From Raillietiella orientalis (Eukaryota), in contig JAYWIR010000006.1 in NCBI GenBank assembly GCA_036172245.1, forward strand, positions 868,001 to 932,000: a stretch of DNA of 64,000 nt, written 5' to 3'. Every line of letters starts with the position of its first letter. Within the stretch, counting starts at the first letter, position 1. Under the pieces are notes generated by a model, which had not been told where the DNA came from, did no database searches, and saw nothing but the letters and a program-made list of their open reading frames with translations. Made by a program: the position numbers and the translations under genes. Shown in pieces: positions 48,060 through 60,999 of the stretch.

Positions 48060-49830
48060 ATCGATAAAGATTTCAGGGAGAAAAGAAAAAGAAGAAAGGA
48101 AGCCGACGATCCTCTGGACGGCTGCATAGAAGGACAGGGAGGGTGTAGAGGAGGAGACAATAAATACATAAATAAAGGAGGAGAAGGAACGTAGGGTCGC
48201 AGTTCACACACTTGGCGTGTCTTCTGTGACCTGCGTCTAGTGGGTCTATGCAGGCGTTGGAATGCCCTACTTTCTTTCTCTTGAACTACAACCAAGGGAG
48301 ACTCAAAAACCAAGTAGAAATGGAGCGAAAAAGAAAGAAAGAAAGAGACAAGACCAAAAAAGAGAGACGGAAGTCAAAACATCGTCCTTGGTCACACGGA
48401 CGGTCGAAGGTCTCCCGTGTGACCGGAGGCGATATTTAGGAAATGTCGTTGAGAACGAGAGAGAATGAAAGACGTGAGGGATTCGAGAACACGAATCGGG
48501 AGCACAGAAAGGGAGTCCAGACTTTCGAACGGCAGACCAGACTTTCGACCTTTGTAGGGCGACAACAAGCACATGAGGTCCGTCGGTAACCTCGAGTTGG
48601 GTGAAAAAGGTCCTTAGCAGCTTCGCTGTGCCGCTTACAGGAAGGGACGACAGGACAAAGCGACGGGTGCCGTTGGATGTGCCTGCCGTCCAATCCCAGC
48701 GCGAATCGCACCAATCGTTGCTGTCCAAGAAGGGTGGTCATCATCCGAGCCTGAGACCGTTTATCGGAGAGGAGGAATCTTGGAAGTTTTGGTTAGTTAG
48801 TGTTAGAAGTTAGTGTTCCAAGGCACCGATTACAAGGTTTGTGAAGCGGAACTCGGCAATGCGAAACATGGTTTCGTTGTCCCGACCGTTTTCCCCCGGT
48901 TGCGCCGGTTCCTTTTCCAAATAAAGGAAAGGCAACCGGCCGCGTGGATAACGAAATCCACGAGTCCATCGGAGTTTCAGGATGAGGAGGAAAACCACCG
49001 ACCCGCAGGCCGGCTGCGCAGAAGAACAGGAATGGGGGCGGGGGACAAGAAATCGATAAATGAGAGGGGATGGAGGCGCATGGGGTCACCAGTCACACCT
49101 CCCTGCGTGTCTCCCGTGACCTGCGTGCGATGCAGGAGGCGCTCTTCCTTCGTTCTGGCATCATTCAAGGACCGCTTCGCCGCATTCCTCATCGGCGAGG
49201 CGTCGAGTTGGGCGGCCCTTCCCCTCGCCGGTGCTCCTGCGTGTTCCGGGACGACGGGGTCCTCCCGACGCAACACGGGACCGGGAAAGCAGAGGTCCCG
49301 CGTCAAGCGGCAGCGCCGCGGCGGCTCTTTCGCACCGTCCCGGTCTCGTTTCCGTGCTCTCTGGAAGGCTCCCGGAAAGCTGTCGCAGTTTGGAAAAACT
49401 CTGTCCCTGGTCCAGAGATGCCACCGCCGGTTTTGCGGGGAGGACGCACGGCGAAACCTCTTCCCCGTGCCACCATCTGCAGGGTGGGCACGGAGGTATC
49501 GGGATCGCAATGACCTACGGCGGCGGAATGTCCGGTTATCTTGCCCACGGAAGCGGTCCCCTTCTTCCCCTCTCTCCCTCCTCCGGCGCGGGTACCGGGC
49601 GTCACTGCCTCATCCAACTGGCCCGTCGTTCCTCCGACTCGCCGGTTTCTCCGCTTCTGCCACACAGTGACGAGATCGTCCACCGTCTGCATGGGATAAG
49701 GAGAGGCGATTTCCGGTGACCAAGCTCTGCTCTCTGTTGCAGTCCCTCCGGGACCGTCGCTAGGTTTTTTCCGGGAACAGGAAGCACTGAATACGATGAC
49801 TTGATTGTTGGGTTCTGGGGCACCGACAGA
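48060..49830 (-). mobile_element. Two tandem L1/Tx1-like 3' fragments (~48885-49830 and ~48060-48790)
   Basis: RRWHLWTRDRVFPNCD and WCDSRWDWT zf-RVT-proximal motifs; UTR hairpin at 48998-49013; terminal ACCGGCGCAACCGGGGGAAAA at ~48888-48910. Confidence 0.65.
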
Positions 49831-50164
49831 AGATTCAGACTGACCTCTGTTGTTGACTGGGTCTGAGGTTACGAGGACCTGTCTTTCAAATATCGCTCGT
49901 GTTCCACTGGAGAAGTTTCAAGAGGGGCGTCGCCCGATGCTACCGGACAGCAGTTCCAGAAAGACAGCACATCGCACACGCCTCTCCTTGAGAAAGCGAA
50001 CGCGTGTGGCAAAGTGCCTGTCTCACATGGTACAATGACCTGCGGGTCTGTGCATGCATTCTCTCTTAAGCAAAGTTGCCTAATGGACATGCAGTGTTTT
50101 CATTTTTTTTTCTTTTTTTCAAAGCGCTGCACCCAAATATATTTTCTCCAAATTTGAAGATCTA

Positions 50165-50760
50165 CCTCTTTCTCTTCTGCCCGCGCTAGCAGCCGTGTTG
50201 CTCCTCGCGTGGTACCCAAGCGCTGAGGGTTCGAATCCCTCCCAGGGCAGAATCGGCGCCGAGAATGGGGGGTGCTTCGTGGTTGTCGTTGAGCGCCGGA
50301 GGCACTGGTGGAAGACGGATGCCTCTGTTGACCGGCCGGGATTGGATATTGACCCTCCAGGGTCCTTCCGGGAATCACAGAGCCGCTTCCCTTCGCTTCG
50401 GGGCTCCCCTCCGGTTATGCAAATCTTACCATCCATCGGGGGACGGACCCTCCATCTCGTGCCATGAAGCTGGTTGACTGATGCCCCTACAGAATATCAG
50501 GGAGAGCACTGCTCCCTCCGGAAAGAATCCTTCGGAGAAATTCGGAAGCGTCCCGTCGGGGTTCTCGTCGGAGGAGGAAGATACAGGGAGCGTTTCCCTT
50601 GAGTGAAAGAAATAAGTAGAAACCCCTTCCTGGAGACCCCACCTGCAAGATCTTACCGGATTTTACTCCAAAGCATGAGAGGAACGGACTCTTTCCTCCA
50701 GAGTCCTTCCTGGATTCATGGGGTGATCCCTTCGGGGTCACCACCTAAATGGAAGGGAGA
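50165..50760 (+). mobile_element. L1/Tx1-like post-RT ORF2 fragment
   Basis: Homologous to 7700-8165(-), 40905-41430 and 62300-63000. Confidence 0.75.
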
Positions 50761-50829
50761 ATCAGCATGGCAAAGACGTGGGCTCAGCTTGCCTAAATCC
50801 TTCCCTTGAGTGTGGTCTTCCCCGCAGAT

Positions 50830-51300
50830 GCACGACATTCAACTCGGATTCTTCCTTACGCGAGTCTTTAGAACTCTGGCAACGACCCTCGCTCGCCCTC
50901 TGGAAAGTTGAAGGCAGCTTCAGATAGTCGGCGTAGAAAAGTCCGAGTCGAGCCGTTCCGCTGCGTGCGCACCTCGTAAGAAAACCTGCCCGCGTCCTCG
51001 ACCACTGGCTTTTCCCTCCCGGGTCGACACCGGGTCCATCCGAATCTCATCTGGGATAGCCACGCCATCGTTGAAGACGGAATCGCCGGCTGACTGTCGG
51101 GTGTCCCGAGAGGCAGGAGGGCGACCTGCTCCGCCTGGACACGACCCCGCAAGCGGGTTGTGTTTGGCTTCAAGGGAGATCGCACGGGAAAGCCAACATG
51201 ATGGAAACAGAGCGGGAAAGCTCTCGGAGGAGGCAAGGTGATGGATCCTTCGGCTTGAAATACTGCGCACGAGAGGACGCTGCAAGCTCGAAAACAGCGA
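50830..51300 (-). mobile_element. L1/Tx1-like ORF1 N-terminal relic
   Basis: VGFPV..FGWT..RFSYEVRT parallels motifs at 9700 and 13660-13800. Confidence 0.4.
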
Positions 51301-51519
51301 GATGGGAATCGAGGAGGATGGCGAAATTCCGCGAGATCCCTCAGCGAATCAGGAGGGTGGGGAAAAGCTCACTCCCTCAACGCTCCTGGAGGATGACCTC
51401 CAGCCTTCCGGACACATGCGGAAGATGTGGGCTGGCGAGAGAGAAGGTGCATTCCGGAAGATGCGATAAATGTGCGTTTTTTTTTCTTTTTCTTTTTTTG
51501 ATATTCGGATCCTGATTCT

Positions 51520-53640
51520 GTGATCAGCTCTTCGGTTGCAGCAGAGCAAAGTGGCTACGGTTGTTCCTGCCACTTTACAATCTTCCTTTCTGTGATCAGT
51601 TATCATTACGCTTTGGGTTGCCTCGAGGGCAAAGCCACAATTCTCAAACAAAGGTGGCGGCAGTCAGCACTGGCAGCGGCAAGCAGCGTTCCTTTCGCAT
51701 TTTAGAAACTGATCTTTGCAAATGGATTTCGTACAACGAGGAGACGCTGGCCATTGCAGGCAACTTCTTTTGCTCCGCTAACTCAGTCACCAGGATGTGC
51801 TTGGCGGCAGTAGGAGCAAGAGGTGCTGGCCCGATCTTTCCTTAGAAAGAGCTTCCAGTGCTGGCGATAATCCGTATTTCCCGCACCTCATTCAAACCAA
51901 CGCCCCTCACCAGCTCCGAGCTGCGACCCGTCCAAGCTGACGGAGCGCACTCCAGATCCCCATCCTCAGGATGCAAGGAGGATTAGTGGTTGCTAACGCT
52001 TCGAAGTCGATCCTCGAGATCTCGGTGGACGTCTGGCCCGATTCCGCTGACAACAGATCCGTTCCTCCGTCTTATCACGCGTCCTTGCCGTGACGCCATC
52101 GTATCCCGACTCGACACGATGCTTTTTCAGGGGGGAACGGAATGCTGGCATGCGGATCTGCGCCCAAACAGGCATGTAGATTTTCTTCCAGGTTTGAGAG
52201 CATTCAGGCACGCTAAAGACAAAGGTCGGTATGTCCTGGTGGAATGTCGCAGAGGATCCGATGTGGCAAAAAGAGAGCTCAGTGGCCGTTGCCAGGGAAG
52301 CGAAATTTGTAAATTTTTCCTAGGACGTTATCTGTTTCGTGATCTTGATGCAAAAATACACACAGTCCTGAGCCAAAGCTGCAAAGGAGATAAAGGTTAT
52401 ATGAATCACTGTTTGGAAATGGCATGTGCACGAAGAGAAGAAAAAAAACATGGCTTCCCGTCTGCCGAACTGCAAACTGAAAAGGAAAAAAAAAAAACAT
52501 TCCGAAGAATCGAAAGCTCCACACCCTTATGAAACAAAAGGAATGATTATTTCTCAGAACGCAGCCCATTCCATTAGCTCCTTAGCTGTAGCTTTCGCGG
52601 TATCTGGGAGCCGATCCAAGGTCAAGTAAAGAACTGCTAATTTGCCGCAAATGTGCCATTACATGACAAAGAACACAGAAAGGAAATCTTGAAATCAGCA
52701 ACTGGGACTGCAAAGAACGACTCCAGCATTATCTGTTGAACGTTGCAGCTGCACACATATTTTGCGTGATAAAAACCGATTGCCATCGGTGCTCCTGCTA
52801 GGGAGGATTCGACTTTGGTGCACCGTAGGAAGGGAAATGGACGATTTTTTGTGTGCTTTGGTTTTCACTGTAGACGGCAGGAGTGCTGACTGCATCCAAA
52901 CTCACCGTTGAGAAGGAAGATTTGCTCTAACGGAAGCTGAGACTCTCGTTCTCCTAACGCGGCAGCTGCCCCCGGTGGCAGCGCAAAGACAGTTCACCAT
53001 TCGGTCTCCAGCAGACTAGCTACACTTCTGCCTCACAACATTGCGTCTGCGGTGCTTGGTGCGAAATCTTAGCTCTAGGATTAGAATTGTATGTTACTCT
53101 TTCTCTCTCTCTCTCTCTATTTTCCTCTAACCTAGCGATCCACGAAAATCACGATACTCAGACATCGATTCCTCCTGATAGAGCGGCTTGAACCATGCAG
53201 GGATGGCTGACTCTCAAAAAGCACCGTACCATTCTTCCTCCTCCTCCACCAGACAAACTCCCGCTTCCTGATGATCCATGCGAGTGCAACTTCCGGGATC
53301 CACCTACTGGATCATTCCCATCTCCCCAGGAAAGTCATGCGACCACATCAGCGTCCTTTCTCGTTTCCCAACACGGAATTCCCAACCCCAAGAAGTCATC
53401 AAAACTTGCAAAAAGGAAAAGAACACCAGCACGAATTCGGGCGATGCCTTGTAGGTGCAGCTCCGGCGAAGAACTTGTGATGAGGATTTCGTCTGGCCAA
53501 AGTTTCATGCGAAGATGGAAACCTCGTGCGACTACCCAAGGAGAAGGCAAACACGCAAACTCCGTGATATGAATCAATAAGGAAGCAAAACTTCTTCTGG
53601 CCGAGCAGCACCCGGAACACGGAATTTTTCGGAAGGCAGG
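51520..53640 (-). mobile_element. CR1/Jockey-like RT relics (51520-52420 and 53150-53640)
   Basis: TRTYRPLSLACLNALK (NYRPISL..K); G*IGP..LY..ELWL..NPK; GVLFLFASFDDFL..DADV. Confidence 0.5.
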
Positions 53641-54279
53641 CGCACTTTCGTCAAACGCAACACACCTCAAACACAAACACACGCACGTGGTTTGCAGTGC
53701 GCTGTGCGCACCACCACCACCGTGGAGAGGGGAGCTCTCCGCATTCGTCATTCCGACGGACACACTCCACCGCCACCTCGAGTGCACGTCCTCAGTAGGA
53801 TTCGAGGCGTCGGCAGCTCTTGGAAAAAGACTCCATCCTCGGACTACTGGCAGTACCCACAACGGTGCTGATGACGCAAAATTCTTGCGGTAACCTGCTG
53901 GCAACCATCTCTTCGTTACACAAGAACGTGGAGAAGAAAGTTTTTTTCTTTGTAACCGGGTCTAATGAGTTGGATGAGGAGGCCGTTCTGACTACGGCAG
54001 TGTCACCACCGTGTCAATCTATGCCATGTACTACCAATCGCTCTCGTGTGTGCACGAGAGTGAGCGGCTTGCCGGTTGGAGAGCGAACTGCGTCGCTCTG
54101 GTTGAGGTTGGGTGGGAAGCGACCTCGAGATGAGAAATAGGAGGAAGGTCGCGGGTTTTTTGGGGGAATGCCAAAGGCGTGACGTTTACCATTCTTCAAT
54201 CCTGGGAAGTCGTGTGAGTTCTCATGCACTCATCTTAAGAGGCCTCCTCATCATTCGCTTTCATCTTTTTTTTTTTTCT

Positions 54280-55000
54280 TCCTCAACGTGACAGTTTGCG
54301 CCTGCGTTCTTCTGCTGTTCCGAACGAGCGGAACCCGTCCGCCGCAGCCAGCTGACTCGTCCCCGTCAGGCATCCTTTCTCTGCGCAGGGTGGGAATTCC
54401 GATGGAAGCTTCTCGGTGGGAGAGGATCTTCCTGGTCTGGACGACGCGATTTCCCCCTCCTCTCCTACCGAATCAAGGAGCAGCACCTCGTCGCAAAGGA
54501 ACGCAGGGCCGACGTGAAGAGCATCTCCGGCATCTTCACTCGGGATTCCCCTCAGATGAAGTGCGTCCTCATCCAGGTGGTCAACGTCCTCCTTGAGTCT
54601 GGCGTTCCGGTCCCAGGAAGCCGATCGGAGCCGTCGGAGGACGTTCGGAGCGGTGGGGATGGGCTTGGGGGGGGAGGGGGGGTTGGCGTCGACAGCCTTG
54701 AACGAGGCAGCTCAGCTAGCGGGACGCCTCCTTGTGGGTGGAGGAGGTGCTCGTCGTCGGGGTTGCGCGCAGACTCCCTCTTGCGCCGGGTACTCTATCC
54801 TGGGCTCGGCCGCCGTTCGGCAGCGGTGTGCACAAGGCCGGGGGAAACGACCAGGGTTCGCCCTTTCCTTCGGAGACGCCGTGCTCACGCCCTCCGGACC
54901 GTGCCCGGGGGGGCAGTCGCCGTTGCGAAAAAGAGGTTCCGGAGGACCGGTCCGTGCCCTGCTCGTGGAGAGGAACCATCCCTCGAAAGGATCTTGGACT
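54280..55000 (+). mobile_element. L1/Tx1-like ORF1 relic
   Basis: VLIQVVNVLLES...RVLYPGLGRRSAAVCTRPG matches the VxxVPxE...VxYxGQxxxCxxCxxxG layout of Tx1-type ORF1. Confidence 0.55.
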
Positions 55001-55859
55001 TTTCGAAATTGGGATGGCTTCTCCCCGAAAGGGGTCGGGTGGAGGGATGATCCCGTCTCTTCCTTCGATCCGCTGCGTCATCTGACGAGAACGAGAGCGT
55101 AGACGCCCAAAGCACGTGGCATGCCCTCGGGCGAGTTGTACCCTCAGAAGGACGTGGGAAAGGGTGGGAACATCTATGGTCAGTGGGACATCGGGCAGGG
55201 CCGAAGAGAGTCCATCGACATGTTTCCTGTCCGGATGTCGCTGGACCCGCGCAACTCTACGAGTTCCATGCAGCCGGCTGGCCTGCGCAGGCAGCATTCG
55301 CGATGAGACGCCACCTTGGCGTCTCCAGGCTCATAGGGGCGGGACCCTACCGCCGAAGGAGGCTGTCCGAGAGCATCGAGGGGGAGGATCCACAATCGTC
55401 CACAGACCGGTCTCATCCGGCAACCCGCCTTCCACCGCAGCTGACCCTCCTCGAAGGACGTCCCGTGGTGCACCAGGGTGCTGAGTTGTCCTGGAGGCGG
55501 ACAGTCAGCATCTTATCCTGGCAACCACCTGCACCTTTTTCATCCTTCTGTTTTTAGCAGGAGGGGCTGACATCCTGTGGAAAAGCGGAACCCTAATGTC
55601 TTCTATGCTCGCCACGCAAATGCTCACGAACACTGGGAGAGCAAGGACACAGATGGCGCTTCCGACTCGCACTTTCGGATGACCCTACTCTCGTCGTGGA
55701 GCTCAGCGCCACGTGGACTGCAGCCCAGCGGCAGTCGAAATGCATTTTGGAGGATCCGTCCGGAGATCCCTGTCCTCTGCGACTCTCGCTGCCACGGCCT
55801 TTGGAGGTGACAATTCATGCCACGGCATAATGGCTAACTCTGGCAGTCACACATTCCTT

Positions 55860-56970
55860 GCCGCAGCGCTGCCTACCCTCAGGTCAAGCGACGGCAACTG
55901 CCTACTCTGTGGTCAAGCGACGGCAGTTGCCAACTTGCGAGCTGAGGGCTTTCCTGCACTGTCGCAGGGTAGGCAAACCTCCCTCGCGAGCTGGTGGATG
56001 CTGCCGCTCTACGTATACTGGCGACGGGACTCTTTCAGTGGAGCCGCATTCCGAGTGCTGCCCTTTTTCAGAGGCACTTGTGGTCCCTCCCCGATGCCTG
56101 GACGCTTCCCGCCCTCCTGGAAGCAGGCTGCGTTGCTCTTCCTGCACTGGAGTGCAACGGGCGCCGACACCCTCGTTGACGGCACAGGTTGCGTCCCTGA
56201 ACTGCGACAGGTGCGAGTAGGCGGAGTCGACCTCCGACGCACCTGCTTTTCGACTGCGGCACCCTCCTCCGGGAACCGTGGCGGAGCGCTCCTGCACCAG
56301 GAGGACACTGCTCGCCACCTGCTGCAGCTCTTCGCCCTGACAAGGACTCTCGACGGGCCGCGCCGATCGCAACCGTCACAGCGCCATTGTTACGGCCCGT
56401 CATGTGCTGGAGGCGACGACGACGTGGCCAAGGGAGGTCACCGGGATGGCAGCCACCTCCAGCAGCCGCCCTGGAGGAGATCGTCGGCGTCCAGCGCCGG
56501 ATGGAATGGCGGACACCGGTGAACCTCCTCCCCAGCCTTCCTTAACGTTTTTTCCCACCTCATCCCCCTCTCCCTTTCGCTTCGTTCCCTTCCCCTTTTT
56601 GGATGCATTGATCTTGGTGTGTACATTGCATACAACTCCACGGATCCTCTCTCCTTCTTTGGAACCGTCAGGCCGTTGGAACCCAGAAGAGCGGCGATTC
56701 AGCCATGCTGTGCTTTCTGGAATCAGGCACAGCCAGCGAGTCAGCTCTCCCGGAGACCTCTGGAAGCGAACCAGGACTACCCGGATGTTCTCATTTTTCC
56801 TTCTTCTGCTGTCTCTCTTCCCCTCTCCCGTTCCGGACTTTCTGATGTCTCGACCTGCGTGTCGACGGACCCTTTCCAGGAACTTCTTTTGTCTTCGGTA
56901 GGGAACCAGCGTGTTTCCAACTGCTTTCTGTTTATGAAATAAACGTTCCCGGACGTGACAGGGTGAAAAA
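55860..56970 (+). mobile_element. L1/Tx1-like 3' fragment plus a second short 3' end (~56640-56970)
   Basis: NCDRCE*AES..HLLFDC zf-RVT; hairpin TCGAC-CTGCGT-GTCGA at 56850-56865; AATAAACGTTCCCGGACGTGACAGGGTGAAAAA terminus. Confidence 0.8.
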
Positions 56971-57389
56971 CTACGCCGAGGAGCAGTGCATTACGAGTGA
57001 AGCGTGAACCTAACGACAGGATTCACAATGAATCTGGAAACGGTAGTCATCATCATCAGGGCTTCCAGCAGGATTCCTCCGATCGCCGAGTTGGACCGAG
57101 CAATGAGATGGGATGCAACGAGATCGAACCTATGGAGAAACTTTCGAATGTGACCGTCCCTCCCGTTCGAAAACTTGAAAATTTCCGTCCCCTCACAAGG
57201 CCTACAAATTCCACGTTTCCCATCTGAGCGAATTCTTTGTTTCTTTCCTCGAAATTTAAAAGGATTCGTTTTTTGTGTGTGTGTGTGTGTTTTTCTCGTA
57301 AATGACGCGCGCTGGAGTATTCTAGCGAAGATCAGCGACACTTCGCTGTACTACGATTTAATTCGTTCGAAAGCTTGTAGATTTCGTGG

Positions 57390-57660
57390 CGGTAGGGGAG
57401 TTGCTCCCAGCGGTCTCCTGGAGAGCACACTCGTTGACTGGACCTGCTTCCAGAAAGCAGAGCAAGGTTGGGTCGCCGCTGTTCCTGGGTTCGAACTCTC
57501 TGGTGGTTCCAAGGAAAGGAGGAATAGGATCGGCGGAGCTCGTAGGTGCCTTTCGCGGGTGCCATTGCGCACGGACTCGAGAACCTTCTCCGCGTCGCGA
57601 GACGCCCAAGCAGGAAAGAGTCCCCACGCAGTGTCCCGAGCTCAAGCAAGTCACGTCCTG
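57390..57660 (-). mobile_element. L1-like ORF2 end relic, inverted homologue of 56643-56790
   Basis: AATQPCSAFWKQVQ..LSRRPL versus AAIQPCCAFWNQAQ..LSRRPL. Confidence 0.65.
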
Positions 57661-58379
57661 TAATTTTCGATTTCCTTCTTGAGATCCACGAACCTTCTTC
57701 CATGCTGATGCTCCCACAGCGCAGGTGTTTGGGTAAGAAGGAAGATGTCTCAGGGTGTACAGCAACGAACTGAAACAAGAAAGGACCCTGCATGTTGACA
57801 TCCGGAGGAAGTGGGCGACCAGTGAAGGTGAAGAGGGAAAAAATCGGTTGACATTCTATGTGAGTGAAAAAGAGCGCCTTTAGGGAAATTTCTCCTACGG
57901 AAGAGAAGAGATTCCAGTGAAAGCAGGAGGAGACACACCGATCTTTACGTGGAGATGGCGGTCGGAAGAAACGTTGAAGCAGAAGCGGTGAGAACGCTTG
58001 CAAAAGGTCATCCAGGAAGAAATCCAGGAAGAAAGAAAGAGCGTGTGTCTGATGAAGAGCAGGACACAGAGTAGAAACATCTGCAACTGGCTGGATGGGA
58101 CCCCAAGTTAAAACGACTGACTCCTTTGAATCAAAAGAAGCGATAAAAGATGCAAGAGTTTCGAGGCAGAGAACCGTTATTCAGCAGTGTCCCGGACTCA
58201 TGCTGTTCGAGGTCTCTGGCTGGTATCAAACGGGGTCGAATGCCTTCCAGATAACGAGAAGGGGGAAGAGGCGCTGTTTTGGAACCGTTATAAACATTTT
58301 CTTATGAATGATATAAGGTAGGGTCTGCTCGGTGTATAATACACAGCTGCGGTATTCAACTTTTCCTTTTTCCAACCTT

Positions 58380-59590
58380 TCTCAGCATAACGGTGGGTTG
58401 GCTGAAGGTTTGTCAGTGCGAATGATGATTCAGGATTTCTGACAGCGGAGAGTACCGGTAGCGACTATCATACCCCATTCTGGAAGAGAAAGACCAGCAA
58501 AGGTCAAGTGAAAGGCTCGAATTGGTAGCTAGGGTGGCACCCCACCTTGACAGCGTTGCTCCGCTGAAGACAGGAGATCTTTGCCTGCATTGGAGAGCCC
58601 TTCAGATGAGAGGCTCCCGGAATGCGATATTCGGGAAGGATTCAGGATCCAGGAAGCAACCCTGAGGAAGCCAGGATGCATTGAGAGAGGCTGCATGTAT
58701 AGAGAAGTTCGGGGACTGACTGCAAGTCATGATGCCAGAGCAGGTGGGATGTGCTGGAGAAATGACGTCCTGCCCTCATGAATAAGGTGAAGCGATGTCG
58801 CTGAGGCTACGACGTCCTCAGTCGGAAAAAGAAAGTCCGCAAGGGAAAAGGACCTGCCGAGGGACATTTGTTTTTGGTTCGCTCTGCTGTCTATCTGCCG
58901 GCAGGAGCTCAGAAAAGAAAGAAGGAAGGGAGGAGGAGGAAAGTAGTAGAATAATATGGAACCTTCTGTCTGTCTTTCTCTTGCTGTCCCGTCAAGGTAA
59001 TCACATGTTTGATAAGATAGATACTGTGAGACGAGTGAGGAAGCACGGATCTCACGAGTCTCTTCCAGAGCATCTGTGGTCTTCAAGGTGCGAACTCGCA
59101 CCCTCAGAAAGCTTCCTCAGCGGAAGCAGCGAGCTCAGACCTCAGAACGAATCTCGTTCTCTAGGGACCTGCTCAATCACAAACCCTATTTAGTTTCCTA
59201 GGCTTCTGCCTAAGAAACTACATAGCGGGAAGGAAGTCGAGAAGTCTTGCTGTTCCCTGGAGAAGTTTTTTTTTCATTTTAACGTTGCTACAGGCATGGC
59301 GATGGGTCCATCGGACCCATCGCCATGCCTGTAGAGATAAAGTGCCCCCCGTTCCTTCGCTTTTTCTCGTCCTTCTATGAGAACATGAGGGCGTGGCCAT
59401 TACTGCACCCCCGCAATGGCTCCCAAATGCCGCCAATGTCTTTGCAAGTCCAGTGCGCGTGGATACGTGTAAAGGCCAAGTGGCGGGTGCACTATTAGAG
59501 ACCAGAGACCGAGTGGCCGTATTCAGTCGTTTCAGTTGATTTTTCATCTTTGAGAGCAAACTCGCTCGAGCGTGGCCAGAAAGCACGTTC
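58380..59590. mobile_element. Two RT N-terminal relics (58380-58800 +; 59220-59590 -)
   Basis: VATIIP..ERLPECDI..Q on plus; NQLKRLNT..SNSAP..LAKTLAAF on minus (RT domain 0-like). Confidence 0.4.
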
Positions 59591-59672
59591 CTAAGCGTTG
59601 CTTAGAAACGAACGAGAACTTCCAAAATATAGAAAGTCGCACATCCAGCATCGTCCGAATCAACCCTCGTTG

Positions 59673-60115
59673 ATGGGGGAAAGTGCTGTTCCAATGCCGG
59701 AGCAGCTGGCCGAGACCTCCCCTCCCGATCCAGGAATATGCACTGGAGAGGAAGGACCCTCTCTTTCTGACTGCTCCCCCTTCCGAGACGAAGATACGCT
59801 CGAGGATCGCGCGAGCGAAGAGGAGAGCGGAGGGTGCCGGATCTGTTACTCTGCGGAGGTGAGTCCGCAGAACCCTCTGGTCAGCGCCTGCCGATGCAAG
59901 GGCACCGTGGGCCTCGCCCACAACGACTGCCTGCTGCAGTGGATCAAGGACTTCCACCACGAGACGTGCGAGCTGTGCAGCACCAGGTTCCGCTTGGGTT
60001 TCAACCCCGCCGGAGACAGGGTCATCCTGGAGCACTCCTGCGAGAGCGAGCGCTGGGAGGCCATCAACGACAAAGTGATCAAGCCGCTCCTCAGGGCGAG
60101 TTTCCTCCTGATGAG
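59673..60115 (+). CDS. Exon 1 of RING-CH (MARCH-like, C4HC3) E3 ubiquitin ligase
   Basis: CRICYSAEVSPQNPLVSACRCKGTVGLAHNDCLLQWIKDFHHETCELC is a full RING-CH consensus; GC3-rich codons; donor AG|GTACCT. The start may be 59673 or 59694. Confidence 0.92.
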
Positions 60116-60202
60116 GTACCTTTCCCCACGGACCTTCGTGAAAAACCGCTACATTTTTTCTCCTTCCTCTTCTTCTTCCATTCTTCCCGCCTCCCTTTTT
60201 AG

Positions 60203-60464
60203 CGTGCTGCTGAATTCCTTCCTCATCCTCATAATCCTGGTCCTCGTTTCTCACTTCCCGCGCGAAGAGGAATTCGACCGAGACGTGTGTCTCGTGGCCG
60301 AAGAAAGAGACGACTGCAAAGCTGCGGACGGCTGGGGTGGAGGGAACGCGGAGGCTGAAAGGTGTCCCCTGCCGGAACGGTGGCAGTGCGTGGATCCTCT
60401 GGAGCTGCTCTACCACGGAAGGCGCCCGCACCTGGCGTGCAGCCGTAGGATCCTCGTTCCATGA
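60203..60464 (+). CDS. Exon 2 of RING-CH ligase: TM helix and Cys-rich C-terminal segment
   Basis: 87-nt intron 60116-60202 with a strong pyrimidine tract ending TTTTTAG; splicing gives LLRASFLLMSVLLNSFLILIILVLVSHF; stop at 60462-60464 and AATAAA at 60471. Confidence 0.85.
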
Positions 60465-60999
60465 GTGTGGAATAAACCTGCAGGTTCCGGAAGCAGGTCC
60501 TCTTCGGCAGACCCAAGTCTGGAGCGTTAGGTGGCTCTCAGCTGCTTCCAGTCCGAAGACCGGGTTGAGCGGGTCCTCAGAGGAAGTTTCCCAGCTGCGG
60601 CTTTGCCCGCCAGGGGCTCCCGAGAGGGAGGCGAGGAAAAGAGGCAGGGAAAGCGACCAGAGGAGGATGGAAAAGGTGCATTCCCAGGAATCATACCTTC
60701 CGTCCAAGTTCCTTCAGGTTATGGATACGATTGCTCTCGTGGTTCGGGCCCGCTATAGTGATGGAGCATGCGCCAATCAAGAACGGACTTGGCACGCGCC
60801 TGCAAGCAGTGGCGTCTGCCGGCATCCACCGTTCCTCCTCCTCTTGCAACAAACGCCGCCTTTACTCATAGGCGCATCTCCGGATTTATGAGGCTCCCGC
60901 ACGTGGAGCCCGATACCCAAGGACGCCAGGGACCGTGTTCCCCTGAGCGCTGGTGCCTCTTCCGGCAACTGATCAGACGCAAAATCGGATTCCGAGTAA

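Noticed and set aside
48790..48816. Telomere-like TTAG repeats (also GGGTTAGGG at ~4168)
   Set aside because: Too short and irregular; the 4168 instance lies inside RALBP1 coding sequence.
55869..55926. 29-bp tandem duplication
   Set aside because: Local slippage inside a LINE relic; no sign of function.
59544..60707. 387-aa minus-strand ORF
   Set aside because: Antisense shadow of the GC3-rich RING-CH gene; no recognisable domain.
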